DNA of 64,000 nt from a virus: the IMG/VR virus record IMGVR_UViG_3300009079_000013; one strand, 5' to 3'. Position numbers and translations under genes: made by a program. The notes under the pieces are model-generated. The model made no database searches and was not told the DNA's origin. It worked only from the letters and a program-made list of their open reading frames with translations. This document shows positions 43,916-53,274 of the stretch, piece after piece. Numbering within the stretch: the stretch's first letter is position 1; each line of letters opens with the position of its first letter.

Positions 43916-44674
43916 TTGAAAAATTTAATATCTTATTCAAATTACGTATTAGAACACTCTCACAACAGTGAATTGAATGAGCTAATAACCACGCTTTCCG
44001 ATTTTTGTTTTTCTAGTATAAACGAAGCTTCTGATACTAACGGTGAATATGTTATTTTACAGGAATTAGAAGTATCTGAACCAGGAATAGACGTAGATAT
44101 TCGCTTTCTTCTTAGAAAAGAACAAGACATTTCTTTAAAAAACGATTCTCATTTCTCTAAAATGAATTGGCAATCTGTAAAACTTGACAACAATGGATAT
44201 GTCGTAAGTGGAAATACATTTATGACAGATGGCAATATACCTGAAATAGAAATAATAATAGCACTAGATTCAAATAAAGTAAACTCTGAGACGAATAAAA
44301 AACTGTATTTAAATTTAAATAACACAATTTCTCATGAATTAAATCACTTGAAACAAACAGGTTGGAATATGGACTTTCAGAATATAGAACCTTCATCGAT
44401 GGAACACCGTAAGAAAAACAATAAAAAACATTCTTACTTCATATTGCCTGAAGAAATAGAATCAATGGTATATGGAATGAATAAACAAGCTGAAAAACAA
44501 GGCGTTCCAATTGATACCTTATTTGATTCATACCTAAAACCATTTGTAGAATCTGAGTTTATGACATATTCAGAGATGATGGAAATAATTAGAAAATGGA
44601 TATCTCATACATTAAAAATGTATCCTAACGCTTCTATGTCTAATAAATATGATAATATTATAGACAATATTTAA
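43916..44674 (+). CDS. Putative zincin metallopeptidase-like protein
   Basis: ISHELNHLKQ (HExxH) plus downstream PEEIES; TTG start. Confidence 0.6.
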   Translation: MKNLISYSNYVLEHSHNSELNELITTLSDFCFSSINEASDTNGEYVILQELEVSEPGIDVDIRFLLRKEQDISLKNDSHFSKMNWQSVKLDNNGYVVSGNTFMTDGNIPEIEIIIALDSNKVNSETNKKLYLNLNNTISHELNHLKQTGWNMDFQNIEPSSMEHRKKNNKKHSYFILPEEIESMVYGMNKQAEKQGVPIDTLFDSYLKPFVESEFMTYSEMMEIIRKWISHTLKMYPNASMSNKYDNIIDNI

Positions 44675-44701
44675 AACCTTTAAGTTACTTATTTGTAGAA
44701 T
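44674..44701 (+). promoter_or_regulatory. Early/middle promoter motif
   Basis: AAACC-N16-GTAGAAT. Confidence 0.6.
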
Positions 44702-44719
44702 ATAAAAAAACAAATAAGT

Positions 44720-44983
44720 ATGAATAATCAATTTGAAGAATTAAGAAAAACAATCTATGACGTAAAAGAAAGTATCTTTTCTGAAATAGAAGGATTAATC
44801 GCAACTTGCGAAGAAGACGCTGATAAATTTTACGACAAAGGAAATAAAAGCGCAGGTACCAGAATCAGAAAAAGTGCCCAATTAATTAGAAAACAGATTC
44901 ATCACCCATCTATTAGAAAACAAATGGTTAAGATAGAAGAAGCTGCCAAAGAATTAAGATCGACTATTTCTGAAACTAAATAA
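44720..44983 (+). CDS. Histone H1-like Hc1 family nucleoid protein
   Basis: DADKFYDKGNKSAGTRIRK...AKELR. Confidence 0.78.
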   Translation: MNNQFEELRKTIYDVKESIFSEIEGLIATCEEDADKFYDKGNKSAGTRIRKSAQLIRKQIHHPSIRKQMVKIEEAAKELRSTISETK

Positions 44984-45000
44984 AATACATTTAGTATAAT
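44973..45000 (+). promoter_or_regulatory. Early/middle promoter motif
   Basis: AAACT-N16-GTATAAT before SSB gene. Confidence 0.65.
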
Positions 45001-45036
45001 ATACAAATATACAATAACTAAAAAAATACATTAAAA

Positions 45037-46041
45037 ATGAACGACTTTTTTAACTTACCGGATGAAACATTATCATCTACTAATCAAAATCAATCTTACG
45101 AAAAAAAGGTTGATACTAATTTATATGACCCTAATCCTGATTTAAGTAACGGTGTTTACAAATCAGTTATTAGATTCATACCTAATTTAAGAGACAAAAC
45201 ATTAAAATATACTAAATACAGTGCTAAGATTTGGAATCCTGTTGCTAGAAAATCAGTAGTAGTGGATTGTCCTTCTAATGAAAACAAACCTTCTGTTTTA
45301 TGGACACTGAGTACTATATTAGGAAGACTATACAAAGAAGAACCTACTATTGTTAAAGAAATAAATGAAAACTTTTCAAGATGGTATACTCATCACTCTT
45401 ATGTATATGTATCTAAAGATCCTACTATACCTGAGCTGCAAGGCCAAATCAAAATTTTTAAATACAGAGCTCAAATAAACGAGCTACTAGAGCAGCAGAT
45501 GAACCCAGAAGAAGATGGTTTATTAGAAAATACAACTAAAATAAATCCTTTTCACATGCTAGAAGGAAAAGATTTCTTATGTGTAGTTGGTAAAAAGACT
45601 AAAACATGGAGAGACTGGACTAAATGTAAATTCATGGACGAAGTAACACCTTTCAGATTTTCTATAAAGGATACTGAAGTTGTAATGAAAAATGAAGAAG
45701 GAGCTATAAAACTAGTAACAGAATTCTTTGAAAAAACAGCTCCGTCTATGAAAGAATATGAACACCAGCCATGGACAGAAGAAACTTACACTCAAGTAGC
45801 AGAGGCATTGAAGGCTGCTATTCCCTATAAACAAGTGTTAGATATGTTAGTTAATGAAACTAGAGATGAAAAAATGAAAGCACTATTAAAAGGTGAAACT
45901 TCATCTTCTTTGTCTCAAGAGTCTTTCTCTAAGGAAACTACTGAAGTCACTCCTACTACTGAAGTCACTTCTGCTACTGAAACTAGTAATTCATCTGATC
46001 TTAAATCTGATGAATATGACGATATATTCAGTAATTTATAA
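45037..46041 (+). CDS. gp32: Single-stranded DNA-binding protein, T4 gp32-like
   Basis: SVIRFIP, DCPS, GQIKIFKY, INPF..EGKDF, acidic tail DEYDDIFSNL. Confidence 0.85.
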   Translation: MNDFFNLPDETLSSTNQNQSYEKKVDTNLYDPNPDLSNGVYKSVIRFIPNLRDKTLKYTKYSAKIWNPVARKSVVVDCPSNENKPSVLWTLSTILGRLYKEEPTIVKEINENFSRWYTHHSYVYVSKDPTIPELQGQIKIFKYRAQINELLEQQMNPEEDGLLENTTKINPFHMLEGKDFLCVVGKKTKTWRDWTKCKFMDEVTPFRFSIKDTEVVMKNEEGAIKLVTEFFEKTAPSMKEYEHQPWTEETYTQVAEALKAAIPYKQVLDMLVNETRDEKMKALLKGETSSSLSQESFSKETTEVTPTTEVTSATETSNSSDLKSDEYDDIFSNL

Positions 46042-46063
46042 TAATAAAAAAAACAACAAGTAT

Positions 46064-46369
46064 ATGTCAACCGATGTAAAAAATAAAGCAACAGAGACAG
46101 AGGACGCTGTTCAAGAAAAAGATCCCAATCAAGTAGTTCTCCTAGGAAGTATTTCATATAATGATGAAAAAGAATATATGCAATGGCTTTCTAAAATGGA
46201 CGTAAGTCAAGCTATTTTTGTATTAGTAGCAGGCGCAAACTTTGCACAATCCAAAGGCTTATTAAACCTAGCTGAATCTGAATTAATTTCATCAGCTATA
46301 CGGTCAATAAAAAATGGATCTACAGATACCACTGCCACTGAAATGCCTACTAACGAAGAAACTAAATAA
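46064..46369 (+). CDS. Hypothetical protein
   Basis: ATG 46064 after A-rich leader; the track start 45893 overlaps gp32. Confidence 0.65.
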   Translation: MSTDVKNKATETEDAVQEKDPNQVVLLGSISYNDEKEYMQWLSKMDVSQAIFVLVAGANFAQSKGLLNLAESELISSAIRSIKNGSTDTTATEMPTNEETK

Positions 46370-46383
46370 TAGTTAATTTTAAT

Positions 46384-47484
46384 ATGATTTACCTGATAGA
46401 CGGAAACGCGTACTTAAATGTTGCAATAAATGTAGTAAAGAGAATGCTATACACCGACAAAACAGCAGGAAAAGAATATTATATGAGAGACATCTTCAAT
46501 GAAGATAGGTATATCTTAAAGGAAACTGCAAGAATAAAATTTAGAGATTTTTCACTAAATTACCTATCTTCATTGATTTCTCCTGTTAGCGACTCAGTAA
46601 ACGAAGTTCACATAGTCTTTGATTCTAAAAGTTGGAGAAAAGAATATGTAACATCTAAGCTCAAAACTCTTTCTTTACCTTCAGGTGATTTTAAGTATAA
46701 AGACAGGAAAAAAGACAATATGATATATTTGTTTTTTGAGTATTTTCAAAATGAAATTCAAAGTTATCTTGAAAAAAATTCAGGTATTGTTTTTCATAGA
46801 ACGCCTGGTATGGAAGGTGATGATATAATCGCTCAACTTTGTGAAAATACTAATAAGAATATGATTATCTATACAGTAGATAAAGATATGTTTCAATTAG
46901 TAGAAGATTCTAGCAGATTCATTATTTTAGCCATGCCCAAAATGATGTCAAAGAACAAAAAAATATTCTACACTAAAAAAAGTGACGCTGGAGATTTCTT
47001 TAGTTTAACTGAGACAAATAGTGTTGAAGGAACTATTTCAAAATTTGAAAAGAGAGGGTATGTTAGAAATGAAATAGGCCCGATTAATGAAATAGTAACT
47101 AAGGTTTTTACTGGAGATAAATCAGATAATATCCCTAGAATACATAAAATGACTCCTTCTAAAGTTAAAAAAGTAGCAGCCTATCTTATAGAAAAATATG
47201 ACTCTGAAATATTAGATAAACTAGATAACTATAAAAATGATATTTCATTTATAGAAGAATGCGCTAAAAAAGTAATTGAAGTAGCCAAAATAAAAGACAG
47301 CGATGTCATTTTATCTTTAAACGAAGCGATATGCCTGAATATTAAATTAATGAGGTTATCCACCAAAATGATACCTTCTCATGTTAAAACAGAGGAGTAT
47401 GATAAAATATACAAAAATAAAGTATATACCAAATTTAACTATAATAAATTAGTAGAAATAAAAAATAATTCAGTACTTATATGA
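46384..47484 (+). CDS. rnh: 5'-3' exonuclease / RNase H (T4 rnh, FEN family)
   Basis: LIDGN, VFDSKSWRK, EGDDIIA, DKDMFQL, GDKSDNIP. Confidence 0.9.
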   Translation: MIYLIDGNAYLNVAINVVKRMLYTDKTAGKEYYMRDIFNEDRYILKETARIKFRDFSLNYLSSLISPVSDSVNEVHIVFDSKSWRKEYVTSKLKTLSLPSGDFKYKDRKKDNMIYLFFEYFQNEIQSYLEKNSGIVFHRTPGMEGDDIIAQLCENTNKNMIIYTVDKDMFQLVEDSSRFIILAMPKMMSKNKKIFYTKKSDAGDFFSLTETNSVEGTISKFEKRGYVRNEIGPINEIVTKVFTGDKSDNIPRIHKMTPSKVKKVAAYLIEKYDSEILDKLDNYKNDISFIEECAKKVIEVAKIKDSDVILSLNEAICLNIKLMRLSTKMIPSHVKTEEYDKIYKNKVYTKFNYNKLVEIKNNSVLI

Positions 47485-47780
47485 AACCGTTATACGAAAG
47501 AATTTTAATTAAACCAGTAGAAAAAGAAACTCAGACTAAGTCTGGTATTCTATTACCTGGAAAAGCAGTAAAAAGACCTAATATAGGAACAGTTGTTGCT
47601 TGCGGAGAAGGAACTCCTCATAATCCAATGAAAGTAAAAGCAGGTGATATTGTATTATGTAATAGATACGCGGGTATCGATATAAATTACAAAGATACTT
47701 CTCACTATGTTATTATGTCTAATGAAATTATCGCAGTATTGGACACTGTAGATGAAGTTAAGTTAGACGAATATGAATAG
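47481..47780 (+). CDS. groES: Co-chaperonin GroES
   Basis: MKPLYERILIK, TKSGILLP, GTVVACG, VKAGDIV, YAG. Confidence 0.95.
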   Translation: MKPLYERILIKPVEKETQTKSGILLPGKAVKRPNIGTVVACGEGTPHNPMKVKAGDIVLCNRYAGIDINYKDTSHYVIMSNEIIAVLDTVDEVKLDEYE

Positions 47781-48801
47781 GAAGTTTGATTTCAATGACA
47801 TACTAATATGTCCAGCAATCCAAACATCTATACAATCTAGAGATAATATAGATATTTATTATCCAGATGGTAATCTCCCAATAATAACGGCTCCAATGGA
47901 TACTGTTATATCAAGACAAAACGAACATGCATTTAGCTCTAATAGAATTATAGCGTGTTTACCTAGGGGTGAAAAGACAGGATTTTCAGGAATAGAATCG
48001 TATTCATTGCACGATATAACTAAAATGTTTAATTCTGGTGAACTTAAGAAACACTCAGGTTACTTAATAGATATAGCCAATGGTCATATCAATGATTTAG
48101 AAAGTATCACTAGAAGCATTAAAAACAAATATGGTGATGACATATATCTAATGGTAGGTAATGTAGCTCATCCTAAAACATATAAAATATTATCTGAAGC
48201 GGGTGCAGATTCAATTAGAGTAGGGATAGGTAATGGAGCAGGTTGCTTAACAACACAGCAAACAGGAGTAGGTTATCCAATGGCTTCTCTTATTCAAGAA
48301 TGTTATCATGAATCTTGTTCTTTAGATAAACCTGCTATGATAGTGGCAGATGGAGGAATGAAGACGTATTCTGATATAATAAAGGCTCTAGCATTAGGCG
48401 CAGATTTCGTTATGCTGGGATCTATTTTAAATAAAGCGCTAGAAAGTTGTTCACCATGTATGTATGAATCTAAATTTGCAGGAAACTCTACTGGTTTAAA
48501 TGAATTAACTCATACAGAAGCGTTGGAAATGTTTAACAATGGACAACCCATATTTAAAAACTTTAGAGGCATGTCAACTAAAGAAGTTCAAAAGAAATGG
48601 GGAAAACAAAATATAAAAACCTCAGAAGGTATATCTGAAATTAGACAAGTTGAATATACTCTTTCAGGCTGGACTGACAATTTTAAACACTACTTAAAGT
48701 CAGCAATGAGCTACACTAATTCTATAAATCTAAATGAATTTATAGGAAAAGTTGTTATTGATATGATAACAAATAACGCTTACGAAAGATTTAAAAAATA
48801 A
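47773..48801 (+). CDS. IMP dehydrogenase / GMP reductase family, CBS-less
   Basis: FDFNDILICP, APMDTV, IDIANGH, RVGIGNGAGCLT, ADGG, KALALGADFVMLG, FRGMST, SEG. Confidence 0.9.
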   Translation: MNRKFDFNDILICPAIQTSIQSRDNIDIYYPDGNLPIITAPMDTVISRQNEHAFSSNRIIACLPRGEKTGFSGIESYSLHDITKMFNSGELKKHSGYLIDIANGHINDLESITRSIKNKYGDDIYLMVGNVAHPKTYKILSEAGADSIRVGIGNGAGCLTTQQTGVGYPMASLIQECYHESCSLDKPAMIVADGGMKTYSDIIKALALGADFVMLGSILNKALESCSPCMYESKFAGNSTGLNELTHTEALEMFNNGQPIFKNFRGMSTKEVQKKWGKQNIKTSEGISEIRQVEYTLSGWTDNFKHYLKSAMSYTNSINLNEFIGKVVIDMITNNAYERFKK

Positions 48802-48807
48802 CCAAAA

Positions 48808-49386
48808 ATGAAAATGGCAGATATGAATAGCCTACCGCTTCCTTTACATAGAACTCTTATGTTTGCAAAGGACGTTAATTTAGAGTCAATTGAGGCTTTA
48901 TCTAGAAATATACTTAGGATAAATGAAGACGATGATCATCTTGAAAAATTGTACAAAGTCTACGATATAGATTATATCAGAAGACCCATTAAAATAATGA
49001 TAGATAGTTATGGAGGATATGTATATCAATGTATGGGATTACTTGGTATAATGGAAAAATCAGTTACTCCTGTGCATACCTATGCAACAGGTGCTGCAAT
49101 GTCCTGTGGTTTTATGATACTTATATCTGGACATAAAAGGTTTGCCTATAGACATGCTACTCCTATGTATCATCAAGTATCTACTGGTTTTTGGGGAAAA
49201 ACACAGGATATGGAAGAAAGTTATAAAGAAACTAAAAGACTTCAACAAAAATTTGAAAACATAACATTAGAATCAACAAAAATATCTAAAACTAAGTTAA
49301 AAGATATTCTTAAAACAAAGCAAGATTGGTACATGGATGCTAAAGAAGCTTTATCACATGGGGTAATAGATAAAATAATAGATTAA
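48808..49386 (+). CDS. clpP: ClpP-like serine protease
   Basis: IDSYGG, GAAMSCG (Ser), MYHQ (His), DWYMDAKEAL..GVID (Asp). Confidence 0.88.
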   Translation: MKMADMNSLPLPLHRTLMFAKDVNLESIEALSRNILRINEDDDHLEKLYKVYDIDYIRRPIKIMIDSYGGYVYQCMGLLGIMEKSVTPVHTYATGAAMSCGFMILISGHKRFAYRHATPMYHQVSTGFWGKTQDMEESYKETKRLQQKFENITLESTKISKTKLKDILKTKQDWYMDAKEALSHGVIDKIID

Positions 49387-49387
49387 T

Positions 49388-49609
49388 ATGAACAAAGAAT
49401 TATACATAATGCTAGAAACAATGGCTTTAGCAGAAATTGCAAAAGCTAAAATGAGTTTACACCTTTTAGGAGAAAAATCAGTTGGCATAGGAGACCATTC
49501 AACTGCTGATTTTTATAATAACGCAGACGAAGCTCTCGCTAAATTAGCCGAAGCTGAAGATAAACTACAATGCTTAGAAAAAAATTATACACAAAAAGTT
49601 AAACTTTAA
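49388..49609 (+). CDS. Small hypothetical phage protein
   Basis: 73 aa helical ORF with VGIGDH motif, coupled to clpP. Confidence 0.7.
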   Translation: MNKELYIMLETMALAEIAKAKMSLHLLGEKSVGIGDHSTADFYNNADEALAKLAEAEDKLQCLEKNYTQKVKL

Positions 49610-49656
49610 TAAAAACTTTAGTATAATATTTTACAAGTAAGAAAAACGTTCTTTAA
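49601..49656 (+). promoter_or_regulatory. Promoter plus boxA-like leader of the ncRNA
   Basis: AAACT-N15-GTATAAT (49601-49627); CGTTCTTTAA (49647-49656) resembles boxA. Confidence 0.65.
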
Positions 49657-49662
49657 TTTATT

Positions 49663-50084
49663 GGTGAAAGGTGTCAGATATCGACGGATTGATGACATTG
49701 ATATGTGCCTGAATAATAAGTGAAGCGAAGCTTATAAAGGAATGTATTAGATCGATGGATCGCAATTAAAGTCCTATACCAAGGACCTACTCTAATGAGA
49801 ATATTGAACTAAGATAGCTCTTAGAATACATGTACATAATAACAAGAATCTAAAAGATTCGCAAATTGTTTATAGGTAATACAAAAATCCTATTTAATGA
49901 CTGAATAACCATTACGTTTGCGTGGTAAGGTGTTTCTTAGACCATAGTGGTCCTAACGATGTGATGAACGAGTACAAGTTTAAAATGAGTTAGTTCTTTG
50001 ACAGAAGAAATAGAAAGCAACAATAATTTGTAGTAAACGATTAAGTTAGAGGTAATCTTTAATCCTCTCATATCATCTTTCACT
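49663..50084 (+). ncRNA. Large (~420 nt) multi-stem non-coding RNA, family not assigned
   Basis: No ORF; ends pair (GGTGAAAGG/TCTTTCACT; TGATATG/CATATCA); more than 10 nested stems; own promoter and terminator. Confidence 0.8.
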
Positions 50085-50094
50085 TTTTATATTT

Positions 50095-50123
50095 AAACCC
50101 AATCTTTTTAGATTGGGTTTTTT
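50095..50123 (+). terminator. Intrinsic terminator of ncRNA
   Basis: AAACCCAATC-ttttta-GATTGGGTTT plus Ts. Confidence 0.85.
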
Positions 50124-50165
50124 AGGTATACCTGATTTTTTTAAAATTCCTTTCTCTCTAAACTA

Positions 50166-50193
50166 AAAGAAGAGAGCAATTGCTCTCTTCTTT
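50166..50193 (-). terminator. Terminator of tail sheath gene
   Basis: Perfect 28-bp palindrome AAAGAAGAGAGCAATTGCTCTCTTCTTT ~20 nt past the sheath stop. Confidence 0.8.
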
Positions 50194-50215
50194 ATACTTT
50201 CGTATGAATGTTTAG

Positions 50216-53152
50216 TTAGAAACTTGGAGTAAATCCAGTTGAATCTGAGCTTAATCCTCCACCAACTCTAGTAATAGTAATTCTATTGATGAATTTATGA
50301 ATTCCTCTTGGGAAGTCTACACTAATATCAACAATCGCAGTATTAGCTTCAATTACTTCATTAGTATTATTCTCAGTATCAAATTGTACTGTATAGCCTT
50401 GAAGACCTCTAGCATTTACAACTGAGTCCATGTAGTTTTCTAATATTCCTTTAACTCTTAATCTTGTGATTTCATCATTAAAGTCAAATAAGAAATTAAC
50501 TAATATTTGTTCAATGTCTCTTTCAATAGTAGATAGGTTATCTCTAATATGAGCATTGTTAAGAGCTGATTTAACTCTTTGGTATGCAGTGTTATTACTA
50601 AATACTGTAATTCCAAATCCTCTTCTTTTAACTATTAAATTATGACCAACTGGCTCTAAGAAATCTCTATCGTCATTTGTTAAATCATATTCTAATCCAA
50701 CTACTTCTGGATCAGTGATAATAGCTCTTTTACCAGCAGTAATCAAGAAAGGTGTTCCGTTCTTAAATTTTCTAACATACGCGTTAGATACATAAGCTGC
50801 TGGTGGAACTGATTTAGTTTTACCGCCTTCTCTAATAAGCATGTTTGGCATTACAAAATATTCGTAAGATGACAATGGCACTCCATTAACATCTTCATCT
50901 GCAAATTTAAAGGTATAGCTTGGATTCAAACTTAAATTACCTCCTTTAGAAATATATTCTGTTGAAACTAATTTATTTACAACGTTAACAAAACTAGGGT
51001 CAACTGATTTTTCAAATTGTTCAAATGAAGGATCGTTTAATATCGCCATGACCTTTCCATTCATTGCTGCTATTTTTCCAAGATGATACTTAGAAGATTG
51101 AGATAGATCTCCTTCATAAGAATCTACTATATATCTATAATCTATAGTTTCTCTGTCTGAAAGAGCAGAAGGTATTGCTGTATATTTAAACAGATACTCT
51201 AATATCTCTTTTTGTCTATCTGATGTAGAGTTAGGTAACAATCCAGTTCTTATTTTGAATCCTTTCATACATTGTCCCTTTAAAGAACCTACAAAGTTTG
51301 CAATTCCTTTATATACGGATATTGTATTTCCAGTAGTGTCTAATCCATCTACTTCGTTTATGCTAGGTACCATAGTAGTAATAACATATTCTAACCTATA
51401 AGGGCTTAAATCTTCGCTTGATGTAATTGAAATTATCTTAAGCAGCCTAGGTCTTGAATCTCCTACTAATCTAGCTTTAATATAGTGATTAACTTTTAAA
51501 AATTCATCAATCTCTGCTTTTTCAGCAGCATTAGCTGTATTTATACCTAATACTAATTTATTAGGTTGTTGTATTTGATAATCAGTAAAATAATCAGTGT
51601 CAGTTAAATCAAATACCTTTTTAAAATCTGAACCTGAATCTAATACATATTTTATGTAGTCGTCTACGTTATTATACGTATTTACTGCGATTCTATTTAA
51701 TAAACTGGAATCCTGATATGTGTAAATCTTAATGTAAGAATAATCATTTCCTCCAAGGTCTTGTATAAAACCATCTTCTATTTTAGAATAATAAGTGTTT
51801 ACGCCATCAATAGATTCGTCTCCTGTTCTTAAGAAGCCATCTGTATATGCTTTATAAACTTTACTATCTTCAAAAGCTATTAAATAATCATCAGCAGCTG
51901 TCCATTTAATTAAACTACTTGTTGTTGCTCCAGTAAAATCATTCTCTGGCAAAGACAAATCTATTTTGTAAATAAGTTCCTTGTCTCCAGGTTTACTATA
52001 ACTCAATATGTCTATTAAAGGTGTACTATCTGCTACAGTTCCAGATGGTTCAAAACCACCGTTGTCTATTGAATATACATCGTCTGAATCTAATTCATCA
52101 TATCCATGTCCTATTGTATCAACTCTATGTGTTTCCATGTTGATATCGCTAAAATTGTCGTCTTCTAAGTCTATCAAATCTAATTTATCTGCGTCTAATG
52201 CACATAATAAACCGGTAGTGGCAAATAATCTATTTACTAATGAATCAACTGATGCAATAGTACCACTTTGATCTTTAAATTCTGGTATCAAACATCCTGT
52301 TACTCTAGCGATTGCTTGTACTTCTTGTAAAGCTAAGAATGAAGGTACTTGACTGTCTATCAATCCGCTTTCATCAAAGAATTGACTAAATAGAGCATCT
52401 TTTGATAATCTAATGTTATTAGACCAATCTCCATCTACTATGATTACTTCTACGAAATAATCTGAAATAAAATCGTCTGCGCTAACAAAATTAGGAAAGT
52501 CAATTGATTCTCCAAAACTAGCATACCATTCTTTAGCTGTTACATCAAATCCAGTAACGGTTGCTTTTCTAACCCACACCGTCATATTAGTGTTTCCTGT
52601 ATTAGCAAAACTTAATATTTTATTTGATGCGATAGATGCGTTACCAAATGAACTAGGATTTAATATATAATCATCTCCTAATGCTAAGTTTTTTGATTTA
52701 TTTAAGCTTTCATCATCCGCGAACCACAGTTTTCTCTTGTTAAAGAATTCAACTAGTGGATATTGATATGGTGCAGAGTCTTCATTATTAGAAGAAGATT
52801 CAGTATTATATGTTGTAAAGTAGGCTTTATCTAAGTTAGCAACAACGTCAGTGTCTGTATCTAAAGGCAGTACATTCATTGCAAAAACGGGACCTTCCCG
52901 TAATGCTACTTCTATTGTTCTATGAAAGTAACTTCCTTGTTTTTCTAATTGAGTATCTCTGTCTCCATATACTGCGTTTAATGTACGTACATCGTTTATT
53001 AATACCACTGTATTAAAAGGACCTTTTCTACTAGATCCTATGATTAATCTTCCTGTCGTAAGCGGTAGAGCTAGACCTTGACTTTGGTCTATTTCAACTG
53101 TATACACACCAGATGATTTAAAGTTGTTTAAGTTTAATACTTTTTCGGCCAT
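50216..53152 (-). CDS. gp18: Contractile tail sheath protein, T4 gp18-like
   Basis: SSGVYTVEID, KGPFNT, VPPAAYV, TAGKRA, SALNNAHIR, FLFDFNDEITR, ENNTNEVIEAN; ATAAATA at 53174-53180. Confidence 0.93.
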   Translation of the reverse strand: MAEKVLNLNNFKSSGVYTVEIDQSQGLALPLTTGRLIIGSSRKGPFNTVVLINDVRTLNAVYGDRDTQLEKQGSYFHRTIEVALREGPVFAMNVLPLDTDTDVVANLDKAYFTTYNTESSSNNEDSAPYQYPLVEFFNKRKLWFADDESLNKSKNLALGDDYILNPSSFGNASIASNKILSFANTGNTNMTVWVRKATVTGFDVTAKEWYASFGESIDFPNFVSADDFISDYFVEVIIVDGDWSNNIRLSKDALFSQFFDESGLIDSQVPSFLALQEVQAIARVTGCLIPEFKDQSGTIASVDSLVNRLFATTGLLCALDADKLDLIDLEDDNFSDINMETHRVDTIGHGYDELDSDDVYSIDNGGFEPSGTVADSTPLIDILSYSKPGDKELIYKIDLSLPENDFTGATTSSLIKWTAADDYLIAFEDSKVYKAYTDGFLRTGDESIDGVNTYYSKIEDGFIQDLGGNDYSYIKIYTYQDSSLLNRIAVNTYNNVDDYIKYVLDSGSDFKKVFDLTDTDYFTDYQIQQPNKLVLGINTANAAEKAEIDEFLKVNHYIKARLVGDSRPRLLKIISITSSEDLSPYRLEYVITTMVPSINEVDGLDTTGNTISVYKGIANFVGSLKGQCMKGFKIRTGLLPNSTSDRQKEILEYLFKYTAIPSALSDRETIDYRYIVDSYEGDLSQSSKYHLGKIAAMNGKVMAILNDPSFEQFEKSVDPSFVNVVNKLVSTEYISKGGNLSLNPSYTFKFADEDVNGVPLSSYEYFVMPNMLIREGGKTKSVPPAAYVSNAYVRKFKNGTPFLITAGKRAIITDPEVVGLEYDLTNDDRDFLEPVGHNLIVKRRGFGITVFSNNTAYQRVKSALNNAHIRDNLSTIERDIEQILVNFLFDFNDEITRLRVKGILENYMDSVVNARGLQGYTVQFDTENNTNEVIEANTAIVDISVDFPRGIHKFINRITITRVGGGLSSDSTGFTPSF

Positions 53153-53219
53153 TACTGATACTATATTTTTAATTATTTATCCAATATTCTAACTAATAAA
53201 ATTAAAAATGCAAAAAAAT

Positions 53220-53246
53220 AAACCTTTTGCAAATATTTAGTAAAAG
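53220..53246 (+). promoter_or_regulatory. Early/middle promoter motif
   Basis: AAACC-N15-GTAAAAG, divergent from the sheath late promoter. Confidence 0.5.
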
Positions 53247-53274
53247 ATTATACAGTTTTAAAAAAATAAATAGT

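Noticed and set aside
49663-50084. tmRNA, RNase P RNA, tRNA cluster or self-splicing intron
   Set aside because: No GGGG..CCA acceptor ends or T-arm, no GAGGAAAGTCC motif, no cloverleaf, and no interrupted flanking gene.
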